Origin: Magnetospirillum sp. 15-1
Lineage (GTDB): Bacteria > Pseudomonadota > Alphaproteobacteria > Rhodospirillales > Magnetospirillaceae
DNA: 64,000 nt
Direction of reading: 5' to 3'
Assembly: GCF_900184795.1 (NCBI RefSeq)
Contig: NZ_FXXN01000026.1
Location: 314,064-378,063, forward strand
Shown: positions 46,546-55,336 of the stretch, one piece after another
Position numbering within the stretch: the first letter of the stretch is position 1
Layout of the letters: every line of letters starts with the position of its first letter
Made by a program: the position numbers and the translations under genes
Notes under the pieces: generated by a model
Seen by the model: only the letters and a program-made list of their open reading frames with translations
What the model was told of the DNA's origin: nothing
Databases searched by the model: none

Positions 46546-47854
46546 GGAAGCGTCGCGCCTTCAACTCGAAGCGGGGTAACGCGCCGCGAGGCAGCGCCTC
46601 GACCTTGGGGCGAAACCCCAGCATGGCGTACAGACGCTCGGCCATCGGCCGGATGACCTCCTCGCCGTCACCGTCCAGTTCCAGCTCGATGGACATCTCG
46701 TCCATGTGCCGCACTGTTTCGACGGTGATGCGGAACTCGTCCACTTCGGGAAACTGGCGGATGATGTTCTCGACCGCGGCGGGGTAGACGTTGACGCCGC
46801 GCACCGTCACCATGTCGTCGGCCCGACCGATCACCCCCCCCTCGAAGCGCATTGAGGTACGGCCGCAAGCGCAACGCTCGTAGACGGGTCTGACGATGTC
46901 ACCGGTGCGGTAGCGGATCACCGGGAAGGCCCAGCGGCCGAGATTGGTGATCACCAGCTCGCCCTTTTCGCCGGGGCCGACCGGCAGCAGGGTCCGGGGG
47001 TCGAGAATCTCGGCGAAGAACTCGCTCTCGATCAGATGGGTTCCGCCGGGCTGGGCCTGGCATTCGAAGGAATGGGCGCCCACCTCGGTCGCTCCGGCAT
47101 GGTCAAAGCACGATGCCGACCACGTATCCTCGATGCGTTGCTTGGTGGCGGGAATGTTGGCTCCGGGCTCACCGGCATGGACGGTGGCGCGAATGGGGAT
47201 CGACGACAGGTCGAAACCGCTCTCCCGCGCCACCTCGGCCAGACGGAGCGCGTAGGTGGGCGTGCAGGCCAGCACGGTGGCCCCGGCGTCGCGCATCAGT
47301 TCCAGCCGTTGCAGGGAATCGCGCCCGCCGCCCGGAATCATCATGGCGCCGACCTTGCGAGCCCCCTCGACAGCCGCCCAGAACCCGACGAAGGGGCCGA
47401 AGCTGAAGGCCATGAAGAAGCGGTCACCCGGCCCGACCCCCGCTCCGGCCAGGACATGGGCCCAGCAATCGCCGAACCAGTCCCAGCTTTGCTCCGTATC
47501 AGGAACCCGCAGCGGATTGCCGGTGGTTCCCGAGGTCTGGTGGAAGCGGACGTAATCAGCCGCCGGGTAGGTTAGGTTGGTGCCGAACGGACCGTTGGCG
47601 GCCTGATCCTCCACCAGTTCCTTCTTGGTGGTTACCGGCAGCTTGGCGATGTCGGCCAGCGAGACGATGTCGTCCGGATGGATGCCGGCAGCCTTCCATT
47701 TCCCGGTATAGAACCGGTTCTTACCCCACAGTTCGGCCATCATGGCCTTCAGCTTGCGGAACTGAAGCCCGGCCAGTTGTTCGCGCGGCAGGGTCTCGAC
47801 GGCCTCGTCGAAGTAGGTGACCTTGCGGTCGAGGGTCAGGGTGGAGTTGCTCAT
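46532..47854 (-). CDS. paaK: Phenylacetate-CoA ligase-family adenylate-forming enzyme
   Basis: 440 aa. PaaK-family motifs (FHQTSGTTGNPLRV, IRYRTGDI). AMP-binding core lacking the long C-terminal domain of FadD-type ligases. Confidence 0.8.
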   Translation of the reverse strand: MSNSTLTLDRKVTYFDEAVETLPREQLAGLQFRKLKAMMAELWGKNRFYTGKWKAAGIHPDDIVSLADIAKLPVTTKKELVEDQAANGPFGTNLTYPAADYVRFHQTSGTTGNPLRVPDTEQSWDWFGDCWAHVLAGAGVGPGDRFFMAFSFGPFVGFWAAVEGARKVGAMMIPGGGRDSLQRLELMRDAGATVLACTPTYALRLAEVARESGFDLSSIPIRATVHAGEPGANIPATKQRIEDTWSASCFDHAGATEVGAHSFECQAQPGGTHLIESEFFAEILDPRTLLPVGPGEKGELVITNLGRWAFPVIRYRTGDIVRPVYERCACGRTSMRFEGGVIGRADDMVTVRGVNVYPAAVENIIRQFPEVDEFRITVETVRHMDEMSIELELDGDGEEVIRPMAERLYAMLGFRPKVEALPRGALPRFELKARRFHVRR

Positions 47855-47903
47855 CTTCCTCTCCGGTGTTGTCGTTCGGCCCCGATGGCTGCGGTGGCCG
47901 GGT

Positions 47904-48299
47904 CTAGAATTGGACGTGAAGGGTCAACCGATCTCCGTCGACCACTCCCAGGCGGTTGCGGATGGGGGTCGCGGCCAGCAGTTCGGCCTTGTCGGCCGGG
48001 TAGCCGGCGACATCGGGGATCACCAGCGCGGCCTCGACCGTTCCGGCCAGAAGCGCTCTGAAGCAGGCGGCTGCGCAGCAACCCTCGCGCGGGGGGATGC
48101 GGATCCCATGGCTGTCCAGCAGTTCGGACCGGATTCCCGGCCAGTGCGGACTGGAAATTCGCAGATTGAAGGTCCCGGGATAGGGAGTGAACCCCAGCCG
48201 CGTCTCGCATTCCCGCAAGAACCAGCCCAGCGAGGTGAAGGCCCGCCCCTCACCCAGGCCGGAACAGGTCTCGCCGGCCAGTTCCACCAGCCGGTTCAT
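47904..48299 (-). CDS. CTP-dependent riboflavin kinase, archaeal type (DUF120/RibK family)
   Basis: 131 aa with the DUF120 signature PYPGTFNLRI (here GFTPYPGTFNLRI) and conserved EG...A.C.PA.I. Start ATG overlaps the stop of the upstream UbiD-like gene (ATGA). Confidence 0.6.
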   Translation of the reverse strand: MNRLVELAGETCSGLGEGRAFTSLGWFLRECETRLGFTPYPGTFNLRISSPHWPGIRSELLDSHGIRIPPREGCCAAACFRALLAGTVEAALVIPDVAGYPADKAELLAATPIRNRLGVVDGDRLTLHVQF

Positions 48300-49648
48300 G
48301 GCCTCGTCATCCCGGCCAGCACCCGTGCCGCCCGCTCCATGGCGGCGGCAGGGATGGCGATGCGCTTGCCGGCGGCCTGCCCGCCCCTGGTGGCGTCGAA
48401 ACCGATCTTCGAACCGCTGCCGTCGGCCGGCGGCGACGGGTCGATCACATAGCCCTCCAGCCCCGACAGGATCACCGTATCCCGGTCGGGCTGGTAGCGG
48501 GTGGCCAGAGCCCACGAGACGTGGCGGGGATCACGGATATCGATGTCGGCATCCACCACGGTGATGGATTTCAGCCGCCGGTCGAGACCCAGCGCCAGCA
48601 GGATCAGCCGGCGCACCTCGTGCGGCTTGAGCCCGTCCACCGCCAGTACGGCGTTGAAGCCACAGGTGCCCGCCACCAGTTCCAGATCCCGGACGCCGTG
48701 GCCGTGGTTGCGCAACTGCCCCAGCAGGTCGGCGCCGGCGGCCAGTGACAGCAGATTGTCCACCTCGACCGTCCACGGGCACAGCCCGGCATAGATAAGG
48801 TCGCGGCGGTGCAGGATGGCCGAGACCTCCATCACCGGGCTGACGTTGGAGAAGTAGTAGCCGGTATTCTCGCCGAACGGCCCTTCCTCCCGGCGCACGC
48901 CCGGCAGCACGCGCCCCTCGATCACGGCCTCGGCACGGGCCGGAATGTCGAGATCCACCGTCAGACCAGGGGTCATCTCCAGGGGATGGCCGCGCAATCC
49001 GCCGGCGATCTCCAGCTTGTCCGGCCCGTCGGCCCCGGCCTTGATGACGGCGGCCAGCAGCATCGCGGGGTCGACGCCCAGCGCCACCGCCACTTCCAAT
49101 GGACGGCCCGCTTTCTCGGCAGCCGCCAGATAGAGCGACAGCGGCGGATTGGCCAGCAGGATACCCAGCCGGTTACCGCCATGGACCATCATACGGTGGA
49201 TGCCCATGGCGCGGCGCCCCGTATCCGGGTCGCGGGCCAGGACCACCCCGCAGGTAATATATGGGGCGGCGTCGTCCTCGTGATGGGTGAGGATCGGCAG
49301 GATGGCGGCCACGTCGGCGGGAGCCTTGTGGACCACTTCCTTCACCGGGGCGGGTCCGTCCATCGGCACGGGGGCGCGGGCATGGTGTCGGGCGCCCAGA
49401 TAGGTGTCGGCCAGCCGCTCCTCGGTGGTTCCCATGGCGCGGGCCATCAGCCGGCGACTGCCCAGCAGGTTGCCCGCCACCCGCACCCCCGGATAGCCGT
49501 CGACGTTTTCAATCAGCACCGCCTTGCCCGAGGACTGCGCCCCGGCCAGAACGGCGGCGATCTCGTGGCGGGGCGAAAGCCGGTCGTCGATGCGCAGCAA
49601 GTCCGGGCCGATATCGTCCAGGAACCCTCTGAGATCCGCATATCCCAT
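48296..49648 (-). CDS. UbiD-family (prFMN-dependent) decarboxylase/carboxylase, third paralog of the island
   Basis: UbiD-family motifs (EGPFGENTGYY, VVDADIDIRDPRHVSWAL). Start MGYADLRGFLDDI at 49648, with an AGGA RBS 7 nt upstream. Confidence 0.85.
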   Translation of the reverse strand: MGYADLRGFLDDIGPDLLRIDDRLSPRHEIAAVLAGAQSSGKAVLIENVDGYPGVRVAGNLLGSRRLMARAMGTTEERLADTYLGARHHARAPVPMDGPAPVKEVVHKAPADVAAILPILTHHEDDAAPYITCGVVLARDPDTGRRAMGIHRMMVHGGNRLGILLANPPLSLYLAAAEKAGRPLEVAVALGVDPAMLLAAVIKAGADGPDKLEIAGGLRGHPLEMTPGLTVDLDIPARAEAVIEGRVLPGVRREEGPFGENTGYYFSNVSPVMEVSAILHRRDLIYAGLCPWTVEVDNLLSLAAGADLLGQLRNHGHGVRDLELVAGTCGFNAVLAVDGLKPHEVRRLILLALGLDRRLKSITVVDADIDIRDPRHVSWALATRYQPDRDTVILSGLEGYVIDPSPPADGSGSKIGFDATRGGQAAGKRIAIPAAAMERAARVLAGMTRP

Positions 49649-49666
49649 GGTTCGATCCTCGTTCTC

Positions 49667-49712
49667 GGGAAAAAAGGAAGGCACGGGAGCCCCGGGGGAG
49701 GACGGGGCTCCC
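49667..49712 (-). terminator. Rho-independent terminator-like element between ppcD and the UbiD-like gene: 10-bp perfect GC stem GGGAGCCCCG/CGGGGCTCCC plus U-rich tract (plus-strand GGGAAAAAAGGAAGG)
   Basis: Read from the sequence. Located in the 71-nt intergenic gap, immediately upstream of the UbiD-like RBS. Confidence 0.5.
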
Positions 49713-49719
49713 TCCGGGC

Positions 49720-49977
49720 TCAGTAGCGGTACTTTTCCGGAAAGCGCTCGACCTCGGAGAGGATCTGGATCGAGAAACGCTTGTCGGAGAGCTGCCCGCG
49801 CCCGAAGCGGACCTGGAGCCGGTCGGGCAACCGTTCCAGATCGGGCGACAGCTTCGCCCGGACCCGCTTGTAGGTGTATTTCCGGTGACCGTCGTCGAGC
49901 GTGCGGATGGTCAGCTCCATCTCGCCGTCACCGGCCAGTTCCGCCAGATCGGACACGAAGATTTCCCAGGTGTTCAT
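49720..49977 (-). CDS. ppcD: Small subunit of phenylphosphate carboxylase (PpcD-like, about 10 kDa)
   Basis: 85-aa ORF in the position that ppcD occupies in the Thauera aromatica pps-ppc cluster. Assignment is by size and synteny only. Confidence 0.5.
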   Translation of the reverse strand: MNTWEIFVSDLAELAGDGEMELTIRTLDDGHRKYTYKRVRAKLSPDLERLPDRLQVRFGRGQLSDKRFSIQILSEVERFPEKYRY

Positions 49978-49988
49978 CGCCGGTCTCC

Positions 49989-51476
49989 TTACTTGACGGG
50001 GGAGAAGCCGTAGGCTTCCCAGTTGCCGACGACCTTTTCCTGGATCGCCTTGGGGTAGACGTTCTTGAACGACACCACGGTGGGCACTTCGTTGATGCGG
50101 TCCCAGTCCACGGGCCAGGTGCAGTCGAACAGCACCTGCGAGCCCATGGAGTATTTCCGCTCATGCGGGCTGGCGTGGGGATAGAGGGCGGTGCCGGTGG
50201 TGTGCTCGAACACCCGGATGCCGCGCACCGGATTACACCGGGTGCAGAAGGCGTGATACACCTCGTCCCAGTTGTAGATGTCGATGGTGTCGTCGACCAC
50301 CATCACCATGTGGAACCACGGCCCCAGCTTGCTGCCGAAAGCCAGTTGGGCGATCTGGGTGGCGATGCCGGCATAGGTGGGCTTGACGCCGACGATCATC
50401 ATGTGATGGGTCGAGCGCGGGTGCATGTACACCCCGGTGATGGGAATACCCTGGCTGCGCAGCAGCTTGTCCAGTTCGAGCCCCAGCGAGAACGAGCGCA
50501 GCAGCTGCCCCTCGTCGGTGGGAACGCCCATGTTCGAAATGGTCATGGTGGCGTTGTTGCGATACGTGATGCACTTCACCCGGAAGGTCACCCGGAAGTC
50601 GCGCGGCGAGGTGCGATAGCCGGTGTACTCGCCGAACGGGCCTTCCTCGACCTTCACGTCGGGAACGATCTCGCCCTCGATGATGATCTCGGCGTCGGCC
50701 GGAACCTCCAGATCGCTGGTCTCGCACTTGACCAACCGGACCGGCCGGCCGGCCAGCATGCCGGTCAGCTCGGGCTCGGGGATCGGCGAGGGCGCGCAGG
50801 CCGCCATGGCCGCCAGCGGCGACAGGCCGATGGCGGTGGCGAACGGCATGGCCTCGCCGCGCGGCAGGTAGTATTCAGACAGCGTCTTGCCCAGGTCGGA
50901 GAATGGGAATACCGCGCCCGACATGGTGCGGCCGTCATACATCATCTGGCGATACATGCCCCAGTTGACGTCGCCCCGCACCGGATGGCGGGTGATGACC
51001 GCGTGCCAGGTCCCCACATAGCGGCCGCCATCGCCGTCATGGACCAGCGGCACCGGCAGCCGGGTGAGATCCACGTCGTCGCCGGTCAGGATGTTCTCCT
51101 TGCACGGCGCCTCGTCGCGCCCCACCAGCACCGGGGCAACGGGGGCCGAATTGGTGCGCTTCAGGTACTCGGCCGAGATTTCCGGCAGGGTGGATTCCGG
51201 CTTCATGCCGAGCGCGATGGCCATGCGGCGGTAGGAGGACAGCGGCGCCCCGAAATAACTGAAGCCGGGATAGTCCTTGATCCGCGTCATGTAGGGGGCG
51301 GGAGCGCCCAGCTCGCAGACGCGGCGCACGATGGCCCCCGCCTCGTTGTCCCAATCCACTTCCTGGTCGATCTGGACCATGTCGCCGGTCCGGCGCAGCG
51401 CCTCGATGTATTCACGGTTGCTCAAGGGCGCGTTGATCCCGGGCGCCCCCGGCTGGGTCTTGCTGATGGTGTTCAT
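49989..51476 (-). CDS. ppcA: Phenylphosphate carboxylase alpha subunit (UbiD family)
   Basis: Start MNTISKTQPG (ATG complement 51476). 495 aa. UbiD motifs (EEGPFGEYTGY, MVMVVDDTIDIYNWDEVYHAF). Alpha versus beta is assigned by size and order. Confidence 0.8.
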   Translation of the reverse strand: MNTISKTQPGAPGINAPLSNREYIEALRRTGDMVQIDQEVDWDNEAGAIVRRVCELGAPAPYMTRIKDYPGFSYFGAPLSSYRRMAIALGMKPESTLPEISAEYLKRTNSAPVAPVLVGRDEAPCKENILTGDDVDLTRLPVPLVHDGDGGRYVGTWHAVITRHPVRGDVNWGMYRQMMYDGRTMSGAVFPFSDLGKTLSEYYLPRGEAMPFATAIGLSPLAAMAACAPSPIPEPELTGMLAGRPVRLVKCETSDLEVPADAEIIIEGEIVPDVKVEEGPFGEYTGYRTSPRDFRVTFRVKCITYRNNATMTISNMGVPTDEGQLLRSFSLGLELDKLLRSQGIPITGVYMHPRSTHHMMIVGVKPTYAGIATQIAQLAFGSKLGPWFHMVMVVDDTIDIYNWDEVYHAFCTRCNPVRGIRVFEHTTGTALYPHASPHERKYSMGSQVLFDCTWPVDWDRINEVPTVVSFKNVYPKAIQEKVVGNWEAYGFSPVK

Positions 51477-51490
51477 TCGGTCTTCCTTTC

Positions 51491-52000
51491 TCAGGAGAGC
51501 TTGGCGAGCAGGGCTTCCCACTTGCCCTGGGCTTTCAGGATCAGTTCGGCGGTCTCGCGCACCGCGCCGCGGCCGCCGCCCGCCGTGGTGACCAGGCAGG
51601 CGATATCGCGGATTTCGGCCACGCCGTCGGCCACCGCCACCGGCATGCCCACCCGCTTCATCATCGAGTAGTCGACCAGATCGTCGCCCACGTAGCAGAC
51701 CTCGGCGTCCGAGATGCCCATGTCGGCCTTGATCTCCTCGTAGGCGACGGTCTTCTTCTTGATGCCCTCGTAGTAGCGCTTGATCCTCAGTTCCTCGGCG
51801 CGGTTGCGTACGGCACCGCACTTCTTCGAGGTGATGATCGCCACCTCGATGCCGGACATCTGAAGCGCCACCACGCCCAGACCGTCCTTGATGTCGAAGT
51901 TGCGGGTCTCGACCCCGTTGTCATCCATGACGATCCGGCCGTCGGTCATCACGCCGTCCACGTCCAGGATCACCAGCTTCACGTCCTTGGCCTGTTCCAT
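51491..52000 (-). CDS. ppcC: HAD-superfamily KdsC-like phosphatase subunit of phenylphosphate carboxylase
   Basis: 169 aa. HAD motif I LVILDVDGVMTDG and KdsC-like core. Lies between the two UbiD-type subunits as in Thauera. Confidence 0.8.
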   Translation of the reverse strand: MEQAKDVKLVILDVDGVMTDGRIVMDDNGVETRNFDIKDGLGVVALQMSGIEVAIITSKKCGAVRNRAEELRIKRYYEGIKKKTVAYEEIKADMGISDAEVCYVGDDLVDYSMMKRVGMPVAVADGVAEIRDIACLVTTAGGGRGAVRETAELILKAQGKWEALLAKLS

Positions 52001-52013
52001 GATTCGCCCCTCC

Positions 52014-53429
52014 TCAGACGCCGATGCCGTATTCGGTCCAGCGCCGCTCGACCTTGGCCATGGTGTCCTTGTCGAGCGCCACCTCGACCGGCTTCTCCTT
52101 CCATTCGAAGGGGATGGTGGCGTCGAGGAGGATGCGCGACGTGATCAGCTTGTTGCCCTCCGGGTCGAGCGCCGGGTCGAGCGGCGTCGAGCGCCCGCGC
52201 TTGATCAGTTCGGTGCCGCGCATGGGGTCGTAGCGGCAGGCCAGGGCCCAGAAGACGCGCTGGATGTCGTCGGCGGCGATGTCCTCGTCCACCACGATCA
52301 CGCCCTTGATGCCGTAGCTGCCGGTCGTGGTGGAGATGACGGCGTTGGCGACCTGGGACGAATGGCCCGGATACATGGTCTTGACCGAGACCACGGCCCA
52401 GAAGCGCCCGGCCGATTCGGGCATGACGTTGACCGACTGGATACCGGGGATGGCCATCTTGGACAGGTCGGTCCACAAGGTGGCGGTCCGGGTGAAGGAC
52501 AGCAGCATGTGGACGTCGGTGACCGGGCGGCCCACCGAGGTGGCCCACAGGATGGGCTTGTTGCGATGGAGGATCTGCTTGACCTCCAGGCAGGGCTTCC
52601 TCACCTCCTTGTAGAGTTCCTCGGTGTAGTAGCCGGTGTACTCGCCGAAGGGACCCTCGGGCTGGAAGTTGTCGGGGTCGATCTCGCCTTCCAGAACGAT
52701 TTCCGCATGGGCGGGCACCGGCAGGCCGGTCAAGGGCGCCTTCAGGAACTCGGTGGCCTTGCCGCGAACCGACCCGGTCAGGTCGTACTGGTTGGCTCCC
52801 TCGTGCTGCAGGGTGGCGGCCATCATCATCAGCGGATCACAGCCGATCACCGCGACGGCCGGCATCTTGCGGCCCAGCTTCTTGTACTTGTTCATGATGC
52901 GCTCGCCGCGCTTGCCGGGCAGGATCTGGACGCCGCAGCGCTTGTTGTCGAGCATCTGCATGCGGTAGGTGCCCAGGTTGATCTGGCCGTTCTCCGGGTC
53001 CTGGATCACCACGAAGACGGTCGTGCCGATATAGCGCCCACCGTCGCGGGGGAAGAATTTGGGCACCGGGAACATGTTGAGGTCGACCTTGTCGCCGCTG
53101 ATCACGTTCTCGAGGATCGGGCCGTCCTTGACCTCGACCGAGGGGATCAGTTCGTCGATGGTCAGCTCCATCCACTTCCGCGCCGCCTGGCACAGCGTGT
53201 ATTCGCGCGGCATGTTGACCACCATCGCCAGGCGCGACGAGGTGGCGAAGGCGCCGGTGAACACCGAGGTGTCGTAGCCCTTGACGTTCTCGAACAGCAG
53301 GGCGGGGCCCTTGCGCTCCTCGGTGACCTTGGAGACGTGGGACAGTTCCAGGTTCCAATCCACCTCGGCGGTGACCCGCTTCAGTTCGCCGGTCTCGTCA
53401 CACCTCTTGATGAAATCCCTCAGATCCAT
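52014..53429 (-). CDS. ppcB: Phenylphosphate carboxylase beta subunit (UbiD family)
   Basis: 471 aa with UbiD motifs (PEGPFGEYTGYY, VIVVDEDIAADDIQRVFWAL). Confidence 0.8.
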   Translation of the reverse strand: MDLRDFIKRCDETGELKRVTAEVDWNLELSHVSKVTEERKGPALLFENVKGYDTSVFTGAFATSSRLAMVVNMPREYTLCQAARKWMELTIDELIPSVEVKDGPILENVISGDKVDLNMFPVPKFFPRDGGRYIGTTVFVVIQDPENGQINLGTYRMQMLDNKRCGVQILPGKRGERIMNKYKKLGRKMPAVAVIGCDPLMMMAATLQHEGANQYDLTGSVRGKATEFLKAPLTGLPVPAHAEIVLEGEIDPDNFQPEGPFGEYTGYYTEELYKEVRKPCLEVKQILHRNKPILWATSVGRPVTDVHMLLSFTRTATLWTDLSKMAIPGIQSVNVMPESAGRFWAVVSVKTMYPGHSSQVANAVISTTTGSYGIKGVIVVDEDIAADDIQRVFWALACRYDPMRGTELIKRGRSTPLDPALDPEGNKLITSRILLDATIPFEWKEKPVEVALDKDTMAKVERRWTEYGIGV

Positions 53430-53500
53430 GGCAATAACTCCCTGTTTGGCCGGAGCCCTTTGCTCCGGCCATTGATAAGCGCACGGCGATGCCGGCTGGT

Positions 53501-54163
53501 TCAGTGCAGCGCTTCGATCCGTTCCAGCACCGGGAACGACGCCTGCTGCAGCGCCCCCACCACACCGGCGAAGTCCTTGGCATGGAAGCGGACGATCAGC
53601 TTGGCCTCGGGCTTAGGCGTCAGCGGTGGAGCGGAAGCGATGGGATAGATCGCCAGCACCTCGCCGCCGGCATCCTCGATGACGGTGACGGTGCGGCCGA
53701 TGACGCCCGGCTCCAGTTCCATGGGGCCGAGCGTGACACCGCTGCGCCGCTCCCAGGCCCCCAGGAAATGGGCGGCCAGATTGAAGATCTCGTTGGCCGA
53801 GATGATGCCGACCACGCAGTCGCCGTCGACCACCGGGAACTGGGCCACGCCCAGGTCGCGGCCCTTGGCCAGGCATTCCTCCATGGTGGTCTCGACGCCC
53901 ACGGTCGCCGGATTGCGGACCATGACGTCCTTGACCTTGAGGCGCGTGGTGAAATAGTCGAACTCGTTGGGGTCCTGGCTTTTCAGCATGAACAGGGTCG
54001 TCCTGATGCAATGTGCCCGGGTCAGCAGCCCCCGCAGCCGGCCGTCGTCGACCACCGGCAGCGCCTGGAGGTTCCTCGTGGTGAGGATGTGCTTGGCCTC
54101 GGACAGCAAGGCGTCGCTGCTGACCGTGACCGGCGGATGAAGCATCCAGTTCTTCACTTTCAT
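53501..54163 (-). CDS. ppsC: CBS-domain pair protein, phenylphosphate synthase stimulating subunit
   Basis: 220 aa with two CBS motifs (VKDVMVRNPATV...VVDGDCVVGIIS). Position as in the Thauera cluster. Confidence 0.75.
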   Translation of the reverse strand: MKVKNWMLHPPVTVSSDALLSEAKHILTTRNLQALPVVDDGRLRGLLTRAHCIRTTLFMLKSQDPNEFDYFTTRLKVKDVMVRNPATVGVETTMEECLAKGRDLGVAQFPVVDGDCVVGIISANEIFNLAAHFLGAWERRSGVTLGPMELEPGVIGRTVTVIEDAGGEVLAIYPIASAPPLTPKPEAKLIVRFHAKDFAGVVGALQQASFPVLERIEALH

Positions 54164-54185
54164 GGCAATTCTCCCTGGGGCCGTC

Positions 54186-55277
54186 CTAATGGACGAGCTT
54201 CTTGCCGGCCAGCATGTTGGCCAGGATGTGGTCGAGAGGCGACGAGGTGCCGCCGACGGCGGTCGAGGCGGCGCCGTCCTTGCCGCTCCACACGGTCTCG
54301 GGACGGGCCTGAAGGATGAAGACGTTGCTTCCCTTCGGCATGTCCTTGTCGATGGCCCACTCGATATCCATGGGCCGGCCGTAATGACGCTCGATGGCCT
54401 TGGCCATGCGGGCCAGCTCGGTCAATTCCTCGTCGGTGACCGATTGCACCTTGCGCCGTTCGTCGGGCACCTCGGCCTTCACGGTCTTGTGCGCCTTGTG
54501 ATCGACCGTATAGAGGATCGTCTTGTCGGAGATGTTGCGCTCCATCACCTCCAGCGAGACCTTGTTGACCCGGAACTGATCCGGCGTCACCTCGCCCGAC
54601 ACCACCGATTCCCCGAAGCCGAAATTGGCGTCGATCACCACCGATGAACGATCACCGTTGGAGGGATTCAGGGTGAACATCACCCCGGCGGTGAAGGAGT
54701 TGGCCATCTTCTGCACGCCGACGCTGATGCCGACGTCAGTGTGGCGAAAGCGCATCTTCTGCCGGTAGGCGATGGCTCTGGCGGTGAACAGGCTGGCGGT
54801 GCAGCGGCGCACCCGGTCGAGGATGTCGTCCACCCCCCTGATCCACAGATAGGTATCCTGCTGGCCGGCGAAGCTGGCTCCGGGCAGGTCCTCGGCGGTG
54901 GCGCTGGAGCGTACCGCCACCGGCGTCGCCGGCATGCAGCACACCAGGGACAGCCGGGTATAGAAGTGGGCGATCTCGTCCTCCATCCGCGTGGAGAACG
55001 GCGTCTGCTGGATGCGCTCGCGGATCTCCTGGCTGACGGTCTCCAGCCTGGCGATGTCGTCATGGTCAATACCGGCCAGCATGGCCTCGACCTCGCACAG
55101 CACGGTATTGGCGCTCATGAACTCGCGATAGGCCGCGGTGGTGACCGCGAAGCCGGGGGGCACCCGGACTCCGGCCTGGATCAGTTCGCCGAGCGACGAG
55201 CATTTGCCGCCGACCTCTTCGATCATGTTGGAATCGCAGTCCGAGAACCAACGGACATGGGGGGATTGAATGGACAT
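54186..55277 (-). CDS. ppsB: Phenylphosphate synthase subunit B (PEP-utilising enzyme, ATP-grasp/nucleotide-binding N-terminal domain homolog)
   Basis: Start MSIQSPHVRWF (ATG complement 55277). Homolog of the PEP synthase/PPDK N-terminal domain (RSSATAEDLPGASFAGQQDTY). Confidence 0.8.
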   Translation of the reverse strand: MSIQSPHVRWFSDCDSNMIEEVGGKCSSLGELIQAGVRVPPGFAVTTAAYREFMSANTVLCEVEAMLAGIDHDDIARLETVSQEIRERIQQTPFSTRMEDEIAHFYTRLSLVCCMPATPVAVRSSATAEDLPGASFAGQQDTYLWIRGVDDILDRVRRCTASLFTARAIAYRQKMRFRHTDVGISVGVQKMANSFTAGVMFTLNPSNGDRSSVVIDANFGFGESVVSGEVTPDQFRVNKVSLEVMERNISDKTILYTVDHKAHKTVKAEVPDERRKVQSVTDEELTELARMAKAIERHYGRPMDIEWAIDKDMPKGSNVFILQARPETVWSGKDGAASTAVGGTSSPLDHILANMLAGKKLVH

Positions 55278-55336
55278 GAGGGCTGCCTTCTCCTGAGGGC
55301 GCGCCGAGGCGCGCCCCCGTTGCGCTTCCACCTGGT

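Noticed and set aside
49524-53648. Long plus-strand ORFs (49524-51671, 51888-53648, 53489-54319, 54741-56030, 55409-57394) across the pps/ppc genes
   Set aside because: All are antisense to well-supported UbiD/HAD/CBS/PEP-utilising genes and have low-complexity translations.
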